A stretch of 64,000 nt of DNA from Sphyrna mokarran (lineage: Eukaryota). The notes below the pieces were generated by a model. It was not told the origin of the DNA. It saw only the letters and a program-made list of their open reading frames with translations, and made no database searches. This document shows, in pieces, positions 48,000 through 61,239 of the stretch (the first letter of the stretch is position 1; every line of letters starts with the position of its first letter). The stretch is taken from contig JAGIQG010000006.1 in assembly GCA_024679065.1 (NCBI GenBank), positions 47,368,001 to 47,432,000 on the forward strand, written 5' to 3'. The translations under genes and the position numbers were made by a program.

Positions 48000-48345
48000 A
48001 AACTTTCATTTAAATACTATCTTTTACAACCTCAGGCAGTCGTAAAGCACTTCATTAAGGATTAAATCATTTTGAAGCATTGTCACTGTTGTGGGGAAAC
48101 ACTGCATTCAATTTGCATGCAGCAGAATTCCAAACAGCAATGAGGTAAATGACTGGAAAATCTGTTTTTTATAGTGCTGGTTGAAGCATAAATGTTGTCT
48201 TGTATTACAAGGAAATGCCTCTTTTTCTGCTGAATATTGCCAATGAAGCATTTATACCCTCTTGAGATGTTAGACAAGACTCTCATCTGAAAGGTAGCAC
48301 TCTTCAGTTCTCCTTTAGAGTGATAGACCAGGTTATGTACTTAAG
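48000..48345 (-). mobile_element. Deu-SINE fragment
   Basis: Reverse complement of TTTCAGATGAGA..CATTGCTGTTTGGAA..ACAACAGTGAC..GTGCTTTACGAC..GAGGTTGTAAAAG. Confidence 0.75.
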
Positions 48346-48619
48346 ATAGAATCATAGAATCCCTACAGTAAAGAAAGAGGCCATTCAGCCCATTGAGTCT
48401 ATAGCAATCACAATCCCACCCAGGCCCTACTCCCATAACCCCACACTAAGGTCAATTTAGTATGGCCCAATCAACCTAACCCGCACATCTTTGGACTGTG
48501 GAAGAAAACCCACACAGACATGGGGATAAAGTGCAAACTCCATCAGACAGTGACCGAGGCCAGAATTGAACCTGGGTTTCTGGCGCTATGAGGCAGCAGT
48601 GTTAACCACCATGCCACCT
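48346..48619 (-). mobile_element. HE1/V-SINE, CR1-type tail
   Basis: Same structure as the other copies. Confidence 0.88.
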
Positions 48620-48689
48620 TGCCATGGAGTTGTTGGTATAAGGCTTAAATCCAAGACATTTTGACTCAGGGTGAGAATATTACCACTAA

Positions 48690-49008
48690 ATCTCCAAAGA
48701 TAGGGGCATTTAAAACTAGAGGACATAGGTTTAAGATGAGAGGGGAGAGATACAAGCAGATATAAAGGAACAATTTTTTCACACAAAAGATGGAATTTTG
48801 AATAAGCTGCTAGAAGTAGTAGTAGAGGTGGGTACAATTTTGTGTTTTAAAAAACATTTAGACAGTTACATGGGTATGATTACATGGAGGCACATGGGCC
48901 AAACATAGTCAACTGGTATTAGCTTAATGGTAAAAACTGAACAGCCATAGACAAGTTGGGCCAAAGGACCTGTTTCCATGCTGTAAACCTCTATGATCCT
49001 ATGACTCT
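48690..49008 (+). mobile_element. CR1 3' fragment
   Basis: KTRGHRFKMRGERYKQI..NFFTQK; tail GGGCCAAAGGACCTGTTTCC..CTCTATGATCCTATGACTCT. Confidence 0.85.
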
Positions 49009-49375
49009 AAATAAAGGCTGACACTTGAGGGCACAGTTGCTGACATTTTATCGCATTCAGGAACTTGAAGCATCTTTGGAATGCATATTCGAGGAGGTGG
49101 TCAGGAAGTAGTCCTGAAAATTCAAACTGAAAAAGGCATAGTATTCCAAAAGTATGTATTCTTTGAAAAAAAGATCTTTGAGAAAAAGGGGAGATGAACA
49201 TTGGATCTATATTATTCCGCAATGCACTCTGTTGCTTTCTCTCAAAATTAAACTATTTTCATTATGTAGAAACTATCTTAAGTTTTTGTACTTAACATAG
49301 TATTGCAAGATGGTTATTTTATCTTTGTATCAGTAAGTTATAATTAGCAGAAAAATGTTGTGGTCAAATGATATT

Positions 49376-50191
49376 GGCAGGGATTTTGTGGTTTCTTCCC
49401 AACCACTATCATCCCAACCTCATCATGGGAGCAAGGAGGCTTAAAATTGGATGTCATGACAGGGGTGCACAGTGATCATCTCCTTCCCTCCTCCAGTGCT
49501 ATTTTACCACGCCAGGTGAGGCATTAGGCAACCAGTCATCACTTGATTCCAATGAAGTGCTTAAGTAAGTGGCCAAATAATGACCATTTAACAGCCTCCT
49601 CCCATTGTTACTAATATCTCACTGATAGTGGAACATGCTAACCACTGGGTAAGGATATCAGGTGCACTTTCATGTTCTTGTGGGCTGGGGGATCCATTCT
49701 GTTCGGACATCCTGTGCCCAATGCAGGTCCCACTCCAGTGATATTCCCTGTCTCCACATTGATCTAACCCATCCTCTTAATTTTGCAACACTGAGCAGCC
49801 ACCCTGCCCTTCCTGCCACCTCCCCTCACTCACTGGTAACCGCCAGACAAATTCTTTGGATTCATTTTATTATTTGGATCCAGTGACAATCATCCTAGGA
49901 AACTGATTGTGGTCCCAGAAGTGCTTACCATCACCCTCTCCCCCATCCCCTCCCATCATCTCACCTTACCCAGGGCAATGCTGGGATTGGAGAGCTATTG
50001 ACCATTTTATTGGCTGGCAGATCTGAGAGACTGGACTTCCTCCCAACTGAGGGTGAAAGCCGAAACTTTGGCCTGAGCCAACAGTCATAAAACCAGACGA
50101 GGTTTACATGGATGTGAGCTTGCCCCAGCTATTTCAGTTAGGACGGGGGTGGGGGGAGGTGGAATCACTGCCTCCATGTAAAATTCCAGCC
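49376..50191. mobile_element. Non-autonomous Harbinger-type element
   Basis: Ends GGCAGGGATTTTG / GTAAAATTCCAGCC. Confidence 0.6.
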
Positions 50192-51012
50192 ATGATAATA
50201 CAATTCCATGCACGTATTTCTGTGCAAGTCACCAAGGTAATAATTATTTCAGCCAGCTACTTATCTTGCAGAGTAACTAAATATTTCAAAGAACACTTCA
50301 AATAGACAGAGGCGAGTACCTACCTCATTCATTCTGGCATCTAATCTACTATTTTACAAGGTGCTTTCTGAAAGACGTGAGATTGAGAGGTCAATAGTGA
50401 CAAAATTTCCATTATTAGAACTTCGAGAGCTGAGATGATTTGCATAAGTAAATACATAAGACCTGCTCCTGATTACCAATGTTTTACATTATCAAGTGTT
50501 CCATGAAGATAACATTCTTCATCTTCCACTTCCAAGTCCTCATTCTGACAAGGAGAGAATGCCTTGTTTGATAAACACTCTCCTAACTCACTATTTCCTC
50601 TAAGCAGTAGAAATTGACTGCTATTGGATTAGATAAAAAGTCATAATGAAGCTGGTGAGACTGAGGTAAGGGTTTAGGATTCTGGTGAACCTGGCTGTTC
50701 ATATCTGTGAGTGAAATCTTTTTCCAAGTCATCTCCTAGAAGTTCATAGAATCATAGAGGGGAATTCTCCATTTCTTTATCTAACTGTGGTAGTGGATAA
50801 TTCCAGTGGCAACCTTCCCACCCAATTCTTCACGAGCAAATACCTCTTCCACATCATCTTGAGGCAGGAGCTGATTTGTGGGCTTACCCTCAGTCAGTGA
50901 GTTTGAAGATCCAGGCACCAAAAATATATGGCGGTCCAGCACACTCATATCACTCCATTCAGCCCACCTGTCTTCACAAGATCATACCAGGAGTCTAGAA
51001 TCCAGAAGCAAA

Positions 51013-51252
51013 ATGCCAGCAGCCTCTGGAAGAAATCCACATCAAATTAACCATCAAGCCTTCTAGGCCATGATTTGACGAGTCCAGGTGCAAAGATATG
51101 CCCTCTACCCAGGGGATGGCTCCAGGATACACACCAACCTCACCTCTCCAGCCAGGGAGACTGTTGCTCAGGAAGTCACTGTGACTGGCAACCACGCCAC
51201 AAGCACCACACAGTGTAGGAAATAGATGAATGATCTCATCTGCTCAGCCAGG
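51013..51252 (+). pseudogene. Harbinger Myb/SANT-like (trihelix) DNA-binding gene relic, first exon
   Basis: Single frame MPAASGRN..VQVQRYALYPGDGSR..SPARETVAQEV..STTQCRK*MNDLICSAR with three stops; Harbinger-type end at AGA|GGGGAATTCTCC (50759). Confidence 0.75.
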
Positions 51253-51529
51253 CTAAATTCTCTCTTAGCTCCACCTGCTCTGGAACTCTCATCATGGTAT
51301 CATGTACTCAAATGACTACTCTCCACACAGATTTTATACATCCATTAGTGGGGAACACATACCAACGCTCATTCTCATATGGACACTCTCATATCACCAC
51401 CAGCCAATCTGTCATGTTGCTCACACTCCCTTCCTTTGGCTCTTCTAGGGAGAGATTATATCTATGCAAAGCCAGATGCAAAGGGCAGAATATACTACCA
51501 TCATGTGGGAAACCATTTCAGACATATAC

Positions 51530-53720
51530 TGCAGAGAGTGACCTGAATAGTCCATACATACATCTGAACCACATCTTCAGAAGTCCTATGGTCTGCCCTA
51601 TGAGGGAGTATGTGGAGCTGTGAGCAGTGTTGTAACTTTTCTCAGCATGGGTCTGAGGGCAACACGCTGGAGTCATCAGCCACTGTTTATCAAGCGATAA
51701 TCCTTACAGAGATTCCGGCTCCTCAAAAATCTCAGGCACTTGGCAGTGATTGAGGATGCCGGAGTCATGGCAACTCCCAGGGTACTGTGCACACACGTAC
51801 AGGATGTACCTCTGGTAGTCACACATGAGTAGCGCCTTGATGGAATGGTAACATTTGCAGTTTATAAACGTTAGCGGCTGTTGCCTTGGAGCCTGTATAG
51901 CCACATGGAAGCAGTCTATTGCACCCTGTACTCATGGGAAGTCTGAGCTGGCTACAAAGTCAATGAAAAGTCAAGAGAGACCTTCCAGGGAATTATAGGC
52001 CAGTGAGCCTTACTTCTGTTGTGGGCAAAGTATTGGAGAGAATTATTAGGGATAGGATTTATAGTTATTTAGAGAGAAATGAATTGATTGGGGATAGTCA
52101 GCATGGTTTTGTGAAGGGTAGGTCGTGCCTTACTAACCTCATTGAGTTTTTTGAAAAAGTGACTAAAGAGATGGATGGGGGTAAGGCAGTTGATGTGGTA
52201 TATATGGACTTTAGTAAGGCGTTTGATAAGGTGGCCCATGGAAGACTTCTGCAGAAAATGCAGATGTATGGGATAGAGGGTGATTTAGCTAATTGGATTA
52301 GGAATTGGCTAGCAGATAGAAGACAGAGGGTGGTGGTTGATGGGAGATATTCATCGTGGAGTTCGGTGACAAGTGGTGTACCTCAGGGGTCTGTTTTGGG
52401 GCCCCTGCTGTTTGTAATTTTTATAAATGATCTGGATGAGGGTATTGAAGGATGGATTAGTAAATTTGCAGATGACACTAAAGTCGGTGGAGTGGTAGAT
52501 AGTGAAGAGGGGTGTTATAGTTTGCAGAGAGACTTGGACAAGTTGCAGAGCTGGGCCGAGAGGTGGCAAATGGAGTTTAATGTGGAAAAGTTGAGGTAAT
52601 GCACTATGGCAGGAATAATAAATGTGTAGAGTATAGGGCTAATGGTAGGATTCTTAGTAGTCTTGATGAACAGAGGGATCTTGGTGTGTATGTGCATAGA
52701 TCCCTGAAAGTAGGCAGTCAAGTCGAGAAGGTTGTTAAGAAGGCATATGGAGTCTTAGCTTTTATTGGTAGGGGATTGAATTTCGGAGCCGCAACGTCAT
52801 GTTGCAACTGTACAAAACTCTAGTGCGGCCGCACTTGGAGTATTGTGTGCAGTTCTGGTCCCCACATTATAAGAAAGATGTGGAGGCATTGGAGAGGGTA
52901 CAGAGGAGGTTTACCAGGATGTTGCCTGGTATGGAGGGCAGGTCTTATGAAGAGAGGCTGAGGGATTTGAGGTTGTTTTCGTTAGAAAGGAGGCGGCTAA
53001 GAGGGGACCTTATCGAAACATATAAGATGATTAGAGGTTTAGATAGGGTGGACAGTGATAGCCTTTTTCCTAGGATGGAGAAAGCTAGCACGAGGGGACA
53101 CAGCTTTAAATTAAGGGGTGATAGTTATAGGACGGATATCAGAGGTAGGTTCTTTACCCAAAGGGTGGTTCGGGAGTGGAATGCCCTGCCTGCAGCAGTT
53201 GTAGATGCGCCAAGTTTGGTGGCGTTTAAGAGGTTAGTTGATAAGTATATGGAAGAGAAGGGAATGGTTTAGTTTGGAGGGGCATTGCTTTTTATATTGG
53301 TCGGCGCAACATCGAAGGCCGAAGGGCCTGTTCTGTGCTGTGATGTTCTATGTTCTATGTTCTATGAATCTTTGCATCTGGCCGTCCTTGTCCAGAGCAA
53401 ACCTGACATAATGATGGGCTTTCCTGTAAAGGGCATTAGTCACGTCCTTTAGGCAGCGATGTATTGCAGACCAAGAGATGATCAACAGATCTCTTGTAAT
53501 ACCTGCAAAGCCCCAGAGGCAAAGAAATTGAATGGTCACATTACCTTCAAAGCCTCTCAAAGAGGGGAAGCCTCCAACCTCATGTGGCACCAGATCTTCA
53601 TGGGGAATGTGGCATATGTGAACTATAAGGTCTCTTTCCTTTGTAAGTGACCTGAACCTTATCACTGCATCAGCTCCAACAAATGAGTGTGCGTCCCAAG
53701 AAGAGTCTTATACACTGCCT
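51530..53720 (-). pseudogene. Harbinger DDE transposase relic, convergent with the Myb gene, split by a CR1
   Basis: [99 protein letters not shown]. Confidence 0.92.
51968..53363 (+). mobile_element. Young CR1 LINE, 5'-truncated, RT domain with two 1-bp frameshifts
   Basis: [42 protein letters not shown]; (ATGTTCT)n tail; TSD ATGAA (51963-51967 and 53364-53368). Confidence 0.97.
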
Positions 53721-54989
53721 CATACCTCTCTCAGACAAAACCGATCTTAGTTTTGTTTTTGCTCAACACCATTATTCTGGTGCTTCAAGATGGTGGTAAT
53801 TCAACTTTACTATAGGACAAAGTTCAACTATCCCTCTTGCACTGTTCACATGCTTCCAATTTATCTGAAGTTTCATGATCTGTTGACAGAGATGCCCACT
53901 GTTAATGTCCAGCCTCCCCCACTATTATTGGATCCTGTCATGATTGTGGTGGATATTCCTAGCCTTTTCACCAAGTTCATCATGTCTGTGGCACCCAGGT
54001 TCACGTGGATCTCTACCCACCCCATCTGGAGTCTATTTGCATCTCTTTTCAGCAAACAATGTGGTGTCCCTTTGTTGTGACCTTTCATGTAGCCATGTCA
54101 GGGTGAAACTTCAATCCCCTTGTTCTTCCCTTTGTCTTCCATTGTTCATCATCCTCATCCACCATCTTGCTCCTACCTGCCACTATGCCCCCTTGCTTTT
54201 CCCCCATCTTTGCACACCTTACTTCCACATTTCCCCCATTGTCTTTGTTAGCATTCTCACCCCACCCTTAGTCAAAGTTTGGTCCATTGGTGTAGAGACT
54301 GCATGATTCCTGCAGCACAGTGCTAACCATAAATCTCAGCTCGGCATGAAGCTGGAGGGCAGGTACTGGTCTTCCCCAGCAGAGTGGCATTCAGTGCAAC
54401 AGAAGCAGTGTAACATGATGGCAGGTAGACCATTCACTTCACTCATGACTTTGAGGTTTGTGCAGCTACCTTTCAACATGCAGAACTTATGGCATCTCAG
54501 TCTCTACACCAGACTTCACAGGCAGCACCATATCACTTTCCGTAGGTATTTGAAGACCAGGCTCTGCAAGCCAGATCAACGGTAAAGCAGGAGTGGAAGG
54601 ATGTGTTGTAAAGTTCAGCAGGATGAGGATGAAATTATGCCAGGATAGGGGTGCAGAAAGACCAGACCAAGGCAAGGAACAGATTTCAAGGCAAGGCCTC
54701 AAATTGGAGAGGCAGGGAAATGGAAAAGATTCCACTCAGACACATGACTGATTGGATGTGGGGGTATTTGTTCTGTAATCTACAATGGACAGAGAGGACT
54801 TTACAGAAGGACAAAAGTGAGTTAGGGCTAGAATGCAAGTAAAGAAATATTTCGGTTTACATTGGTGAACTGCAGAGGCTATACATGTCCCAGTCCAGCG
54901 AGGGGAAAAATAGTCAGTACAGTGTCAGCCATGTCCAGCATGCTGAGCGCAGCTTATGATAATAACTTCATGGGCAGTGGTCAGCTCTA

Positions 54990-55080
54990 TCAAAGAATCA
55001 TCCAGACTCAAAGTTAGCTCTGCTCTCCACAGATGCCGTCAGACCTGCTGAGATTTTCCAGCATTTTTTGCTTTTATATC
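54990..55080 (+). mobile_element. PLE family 2 pseudo-LTR fragment
   Basis: CTCTCCACAGATGCCGTCAGACCTGCTGAGATTTTCCAGCATTTT. Confidence 0.7.
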
Positions 55081-55249
55081 TAAATAGAATGTCACTATTT
55101 TCAGACTTTTAAGCATCTTACCTTCCAGATAAAGAAAATCTATTTAGAGATGCAATGTAATTTCTCTCAGTAGCTGGAGATGGCGTGAAGTACTATTGCT
55201 ATTAGGATAAGCTGGTAAACTAGGAAAAGAATAACATAACCAAAAGGAA

Positions 55250-55670
55250 CATAGAAGTCCTCCCCTTCCAGCAGATCATTCTTGTAGCTGCATAATTTCC
55301 TCTTCCATAATTCAGGGGACCTTTCCAGGATAAGGATCTGCTATCCATAATTTCTTTGCTTGCCAGCTTCACCCTATCCAAGCCTGAGTTTGATCCCATG
55401 CCTTCCGTCTTCTAAATGTAGCTTCATGTGCGGTACTCCTCCCTCCGACCCATCATCCCTCCAGCTGCCTTCACTATGCTCTTTCGAATATCTTTCCTAA
55501 ACTTTTCCAATTTTTTCTTTAAAATATTTTTCAAAAATCTATCTTTTGATCTTTCTTATGGTGTTCCTTTCTATCTCTTCTGCTACATCTCAAAATTCAC
55601 TCTTCTTTATGAAGAACGCAAGGAGATTGCTTTTGTCAATAACTGTTTATAAATGTAATTTGTTGCTGCT
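55250..55670 (+). mobile_element. Old L2 3' fragment
   Basis: Pyrimidine-rich body ending TATAAATGTAATTTGTTGCTGCTG (L2-type tail). Confidence 0.45.
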
Positions 55671-55677
55671 GGTGATA

Positions 55678-56045
55678 AAAACATAGAAACATGAAACTAC
55701 AAGCAGGAGTAGACCACTCAGCCCTCAGAGCCTGTTCCACCATTCACCTTAATCATGGCTGATCATCGAATTCAATATCCTGATCCCCCTTCCTCTCACA
55801 TCCCTTGATCCCTTTAACCCCAAGAACTATATCTAATTTCTTCTTGAAATCAGACAGCGTTTTATAAGTTTCTGTGAGATCCCCCTCACTAAACTCCATG
55901 AATACAATCCTATCTGACTTAGTCTCTCCTCAAATGACAGACCTGCCATTCCAGAAATCAGCCAGGTAAATCTTTGCCGTACCTCCCTCTAAAGCAAGAT
56001 GACCCTTCCTTATATAAGAACGTTAAAACTGCTCATAATACTCCT
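55678..56045 (-). mobile_element. CR1 3' fragment, internally deleted
   Basis: AAACATAGAAACAT..GCAGGAGTAGACCACTCAGCCC..ATCATGGCTGATC. Confidence 0.8.
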
Positions 56046-57469
56046 AAAGGTGATAATGTTGATACTGCTTCTTCTTTCAGCCTAGCACTTTCTCTAAGTG
56101 ATACAAAAACTAGACAAACCACAGAGGGGAGCAGGCAGGAAGACTAATAATTGTATGAAAATCTCTGGGAAAACTCTGCCATTCTTAAAGACCAGTTTAA
56201 AATAATAGCTGGGACCTGAGGAACCAGATATCAAAAATGGTAGAATTTGTTTCTCATATCAGGGTAAGGAGATTTTCTCTGCCATACACTCATTTGACCG
56301 TGGGATGCAACAAAGCAAGCAAATGGTGACAAAAGTAATTACTGAGTGCAACCTTCAGCAAGCCATGACTAAGCTGGAGGTATGTCAAGCAAAATAAATC
56401 GAACTATATGACAGTTCAACATTTGGAAACCAGTGCAGGGTAAGTGATTTTTGTTCAACATTACAAGGAAAAATGAGTCATTGGTCAGTTATGCAATGAA
56501 AATAATTGCTCTCTGCTTTAAGGGCAAAACTAAAATTAATTTTAGTATGCGCAGTAAAAGCAAGAATGTACCTAAGTTTGCTGAATATTTTACTGGCAAA
56601 TATTCAAATTGTCATTTTATTAGCTAATGGCAAAAAACTTTCTAGCAGCTGTTAGGTCTAAAAGCAGCACAGAGCTACACTCTCAACTTTCTACTTCTCC
56701 TGCTATTCCTAATATTAACATCACAGGTTTCTTGCTGTTCACACATACCATACTGTGAACTTAACGATGCAGGAGCAGAGGAGCTCCTAATTGAAAAATA
56801 TGTTAAATATTAGATAATCATAGCACATCTGGTAATTGTTGCACAGTATAATTATTTGTGCTCATAAAGCAGTTAAGTAATTAAGTGACTGGAATTGCAG
56901 CAGTCATTAAAAAGTTGAGATTAGCTACAGAATAGAAAGATAATGTCATTGCTGTTGGAAGTATCAATCACCTGCCCTGACTTTGAGCAGGATGAAGAAA
57001 TAAAAAAACTGTTTACTTATATAATGATTTAGGTAATATGAGTTTTCATAAGCACTTCGAATCAGTACATCAAATATTTAACCAACCAATTAAATTGGCC
57101 CATGTGTTCTTTTAATTATAATCTTTGGTTTTAAAATAAATTTGCAGCATTGATTAATAAATGTCCACCAATGAAGATATGGCTTTTTCTAATTGGTTCA
57201 TATATCTGGCTCAAAGCATAGGAGCATCTCCAATTCTTCATATTTCCTCCATTCTAATAGCTTGTACAATCAGCAATTGTATCATCTGTGTATCCAGGCA
57301 CTGAATGTTGGCAAGCTACTCAAAAATGGGGGTGGGGGGGGGAGGTGCGATGTTGTGGGTGGGGGGAGGTGAGATGACATAATAACCAAGTTTAATCATG
57401 TTTTCAAGCAGTATCCATGTGGGTCCTTTCCAGCAGAAATGGATTTACAATGAAACACATCGTGCCTAG

Positions 57470-58253
57470 TGTGATGATACTGTATCTTTAAGAAATGTAT
57501 TTCTGCAGGTTTTTTTAGGAGTCAGATTTCTATATGGTGCCACTTTGTCTATAACCAGCAGCCGAGATGTTGATGGTACAGAAGCATAATTAATCCTAAT
57601 TGTTGGAATGTTTGTTTTAACCTAGCTAATGCAGCGTTGTTATTTTTGTGTTTTCCCCTGGGGATTTTTTTCAGAGGAGGATTTGATTAGGTTGATTGAT
57701 AGAGGAGTCATATGACTGAGCGGCTAGGTTCAGTTGCTGCTTGGGATCTTTAAAGAAAGGTGGTTCTCAGTGTCTCTCTTTCTGTGTCTGGAGGTTGGAG
57801 ACAGGGACCTGCCAAAAAATAGTTTGATGATAGATCTTTGGAGGTTGCTATATCGGAGTCACAAAAAAAATCTTTCTGTATCTCTTTCAAGAGTGGGTTA
57901 AAAAGCTGGAAATCCAACTTCCACATAAACTACATGTTTTCATGCTAATTGATTCTCAAGAGGGATTTGCATCCGTGAGGATATTGCTTAAATTGGAACT
58001 TTGGAGATAGCTAGCTGTTAAGAATTATACCTTGTCATGTTTAAGTATTTCAATTAATAAAAGCTATGCTGATTCTTTTTGTCATATTTAAGCTGTGTTG
58101 TTAAATAAAGTTTGCTTTAATAAAAGATTTCTAGTGGATTAACAGAATAATTGAAATGGAACATCTAATGCTCATTCTCATGCCAAAATCAAAAATTGTT
58201 GGGGTCTAGGATAACTTCATCGTATACCCTGGAGTTTGACCTGGTCCCTAACA
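57470..58253 (+). mobile_element. Gypsy-type solo LTR, 784 bp
   Basis: TGT...ACA termini, AATAAA at ~58104, flanks CTAG/CTAA (4-bp TSD, one mismatch), homologous to 25304-27128. Confidence 0.78.
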
Positions 58254-58718
58254 CTAAACACAGGACCTCAACCAATGGGGGGAGGCCCAGGCCAGCCAGT
58301 GTCTGTGGGCACCAATCAGAGCCTGGCAACTCTGTATTTGCCAAAAGGTCTATTTGCATTTGTTAAGCCTATCAGCAGGCAATGCAGAGCAAAATCAGAC
58401 TCAGATCGATCAAGTTTGAAATACAGGAACACAGACTGGTCTGAATATGCGGCACACATGAGGAACAAGAAAGCCAGAGGCAGTAGTTACCATCCACTTC
58501 CTTTAAATCCCCAAACCCTTCAGTAAGTGTAACAAGTCAGGAAATGTAAGCTGCACCATATCAAATACACTTGTTTGTGATTTCAAAGCTCATTGCATTG
58601 GCCTCTCTCTCTTATTTAATCAGACATTTGATCTGGTTGTGTCTTTTCTTTTGCTAGCAGGGAAAATAATGTTCTTGTTGCTGAGGGATATTTTTTGAAC
58701 TTCCATTTTATAGACAGA

Positions 58719-58844
58719 GGGAAGATTTTCTGGCCTCGCTCGCCCCAAAACCAGAAAATCCCATCTGAGATCAACGGTCCTTTCCATCGTCCATCCCTCA
58801 CCCGCTCCAATTCCCATGACAAGCAGGATGGCAAAATTCCAGCC
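58719..58844. mobile_element. Harbinger-type MITE with AGA TSD
   Basis: AGA|GGGAAGATTTTC...AAAATTCCAGCC|AGA; colinear with the 9111 copy. Confidence 0.85.
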
Positions 58845-59048
58845 AGAATGTTAGACAGCATGTGAAAAAGTCACGTTGATAGTGAGACAGTCTATCCATA
58901 GGAAAACTCAGATGCGAAAGATCTTTGAGTTTTTTTGAAATCATGACTGTCCTTCCTTGAGACTTTTCAAATAAAATCTCTCTTTAAATGTATCTCTTAG
59001 AAAGAGAGGAATGGATAATTTGAGATGTGTCAATGTTTGTGGAGAGAT

Positions 59049-59420
59049 GGGTGGCACAATAGCACAGTAATTAGCACAGCAGCCTCACAACGCCAGGAAT
59101 CCAAGCTTGATTCTGATCTTGGATGACTGTCTGCATGGAGTATGCACATTCTCCCTGTGTAGGTGTGTGGGTTTCCTCTGGGTACTTTGGTTTCATCCCA
59201 CAGTCCAAAGGTTAGGTGGATTGGCCATGTTAAATTGTTCCTTAGTGTCAAAAGATGTGTAGGTTAGGTGGATTAGCCATGGTAAATGTACAGGGTTGTG
59301 GGGATAGGGCAGCATAGTGTGTCTGGGGTGAGAAGTTTTTTTCAGGGAAAATCAGTGCAGATACAGTGGGCTGAATGTCCTCCCTCTGCCCTAGAGGGAT
59401 TCTATGGTAGGGATTCTATG
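59049..59420 (+). mobile_element. HE1/V-SINE, CR1-type tail
   Basis: Head, V-domain, duplicated GGTTAGGTGGATT.GCCATG and GGGATTCTATG tail. Confidence 0.88.
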
Positions 59421-59869
59421 GTTATAATAGCAAACTGGGTTAGTTTATTCCATCTTAATAATATGCCAGATGTTGAATTTGCAAGCTCTGGTAGACTGTT
59501 TACAAATGCTACATTTTACAGATATGAATGTGCTCCATGAGTTAACGTAAACATGGCTGAAACCATTAGCCATGGATTTCAATTTGATTTGTATTAATAA
59601 AGCTAGTGGAGGAGGTCAATCTCATGTTCTTGAATACAACTGAGGCACAAAGCATGCAAGCAGCCACTATAAAGGAATCAATTTCTTATTAAATGTGGCT
59701 TTGGTTTATTTCCAGGGTGCTGGTAGGTTAGTTTTGTTCCAAAGTTTGCAGGTTTCCCCCTACAATGCCGCTTTTACATCAATGTTATTGAGTTGTGTTC
59801 TCCCTGTAGTGTGTCCTGATCCAGCAGACACATGTTACATTAACCAGATTGCAATCTTTAAGAGAATGG

Positions 59870-60140
59870 GAGGATGTGAGGGGTGAGATAGATTGTCAAG
59901 GGATGCGGAGTTGGGGGGAGGAGAGGGGGCAGAATGTTAGGGTGTGGGGTGAGCAGAGGAAGTGAGTGAGTGAGGGGGGTTAACTAGAGTTACAGACTTG
60001 CAGGGGGGGAGAGTGTGTGAGGGCTGGCTTATTTTAGAGAGACAGAGAGAACGAGAGAGAGAGTTTATGATGGGGTTAAAGTTCATGGAGAGAGAGAGAT
60101 TTTGTGAGGAGGGAATGGGTAGAAGGAAAGTAGAGTGAGT
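59870..60140. repeat. G/A-rich low-complexity tract
   Basis: Direct reading. Confidence 0.7.
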
Positions 60141-60820
60141 GTTGTTTGAAATCCAGATCACAGCTTCATAGTTAAATAATGAATGCCATTTTTGCAGAGC
60201 TTGAATTGAACCTGATAAAAATTGTGCAATTGACTATGCAAATACCTGCTCTTTCAAGCTTTTTATTAGCTGCCTAAAATCAACGTCAGTTTCTGTAGCA
60301 ATATGAAGCCACATAATCAATCTGGTGGTCAAAAAAATAAAAAATTGAAGGCAAAACCAGAGGATGCAACTGGTCAAAAAGACTGTTTGTCATTCATACT
60401 TTATAAAGTTTGAAATATTGCTCAGACTTGTTTTTACAAGTTAAAAAGCGGTGATCAATTTGTATATTTTAGTGGCTTCCATCTTGGCATTCTATGAGGT
60501 GAGGATGGGAAGGGTTGGAAGAGGTGTGAGGTTGGATAGAGCCCAGGAATGAAGGCAAGTGTGGGGCCTCACAAACTGTAAACCTCCGCTTTTCTGTAAG
60601 ATGCATGAGATTATTTGGAGCAGAATTCTTGTTCAATTTTCCTTCTCCTAACACAGAAACATTGAAGCCAATATTGGCTATACTCTCATTAAACGTTACA
60701 GTGCACAACTTTGGTTTCTATGTAACCTTGATCTGAACTGCCTGTTTCTTATCTCACCTTCAGCATGCAGTAAATAAAATTGGTGAGTTGCAGGCATTGA
60801 TGGCCATGTGGAAATATGGA

Positions 60821-61175
60821 GGGTAAAGTTTCTGCACTCACCTGCCACAGAAATCAGCATGGGCGGGACAGAAGATTTGGTGTCCTATTTGATCTTACCA
60901 GCTAGGAATTTCCTGTCTGGAGCTGAAAGAACCTGAAAATCCCATCCATGATGTTGTAGCTATAATAGAAACCTAGCTCAAAGTAGAGTGGGGCTAGGAT
61001 TAAATATTCCTAAAAACAAGAGGGGAAGAGTTTTCCCATCGCACTTGCCATGGCAATCGTGATGGGCAGGGGGCAGTGGGGTGAAATGATGCTGCAGACC
61101 ATATGAATTCTGTTGACCTTGGGGAGGATTTTCCAGTTTTTAGGCGACTGCGGCCAGAAAATTCCCCCCCCCCCG
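60821..61175. mobile_element. Two adjacent Harbinger-type MITEs (60821-60947 and 61022-61175)
   Basis: Ends ..AAAATCCCATCC and AGA|GGGGAAGAGTTTTCCC..AAAATTCCCCC; internal GTTGACCTTGGGGAGGATTTTCC. Confidence 0.7.
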
Positions 61176-61239
61176 ACAAGGTGTTCAGGAAAAATAAAAG
61201 TGGGAAGGTTGATGGTGTTGATTAAGCAGCGCATTCAAT

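Noticed and set aside
51530-51967. Domesticated HARBI1 gene
   Set aside because: In-frame stops, frameshifts and a LINE insertion; two divergent decayed copies occur in the window.
53790-54090. Possible RTE endonuclease N-terminus (minus) or host exon
   Set aside because: Only a loose TLTVG motif with several stops; not supportable.
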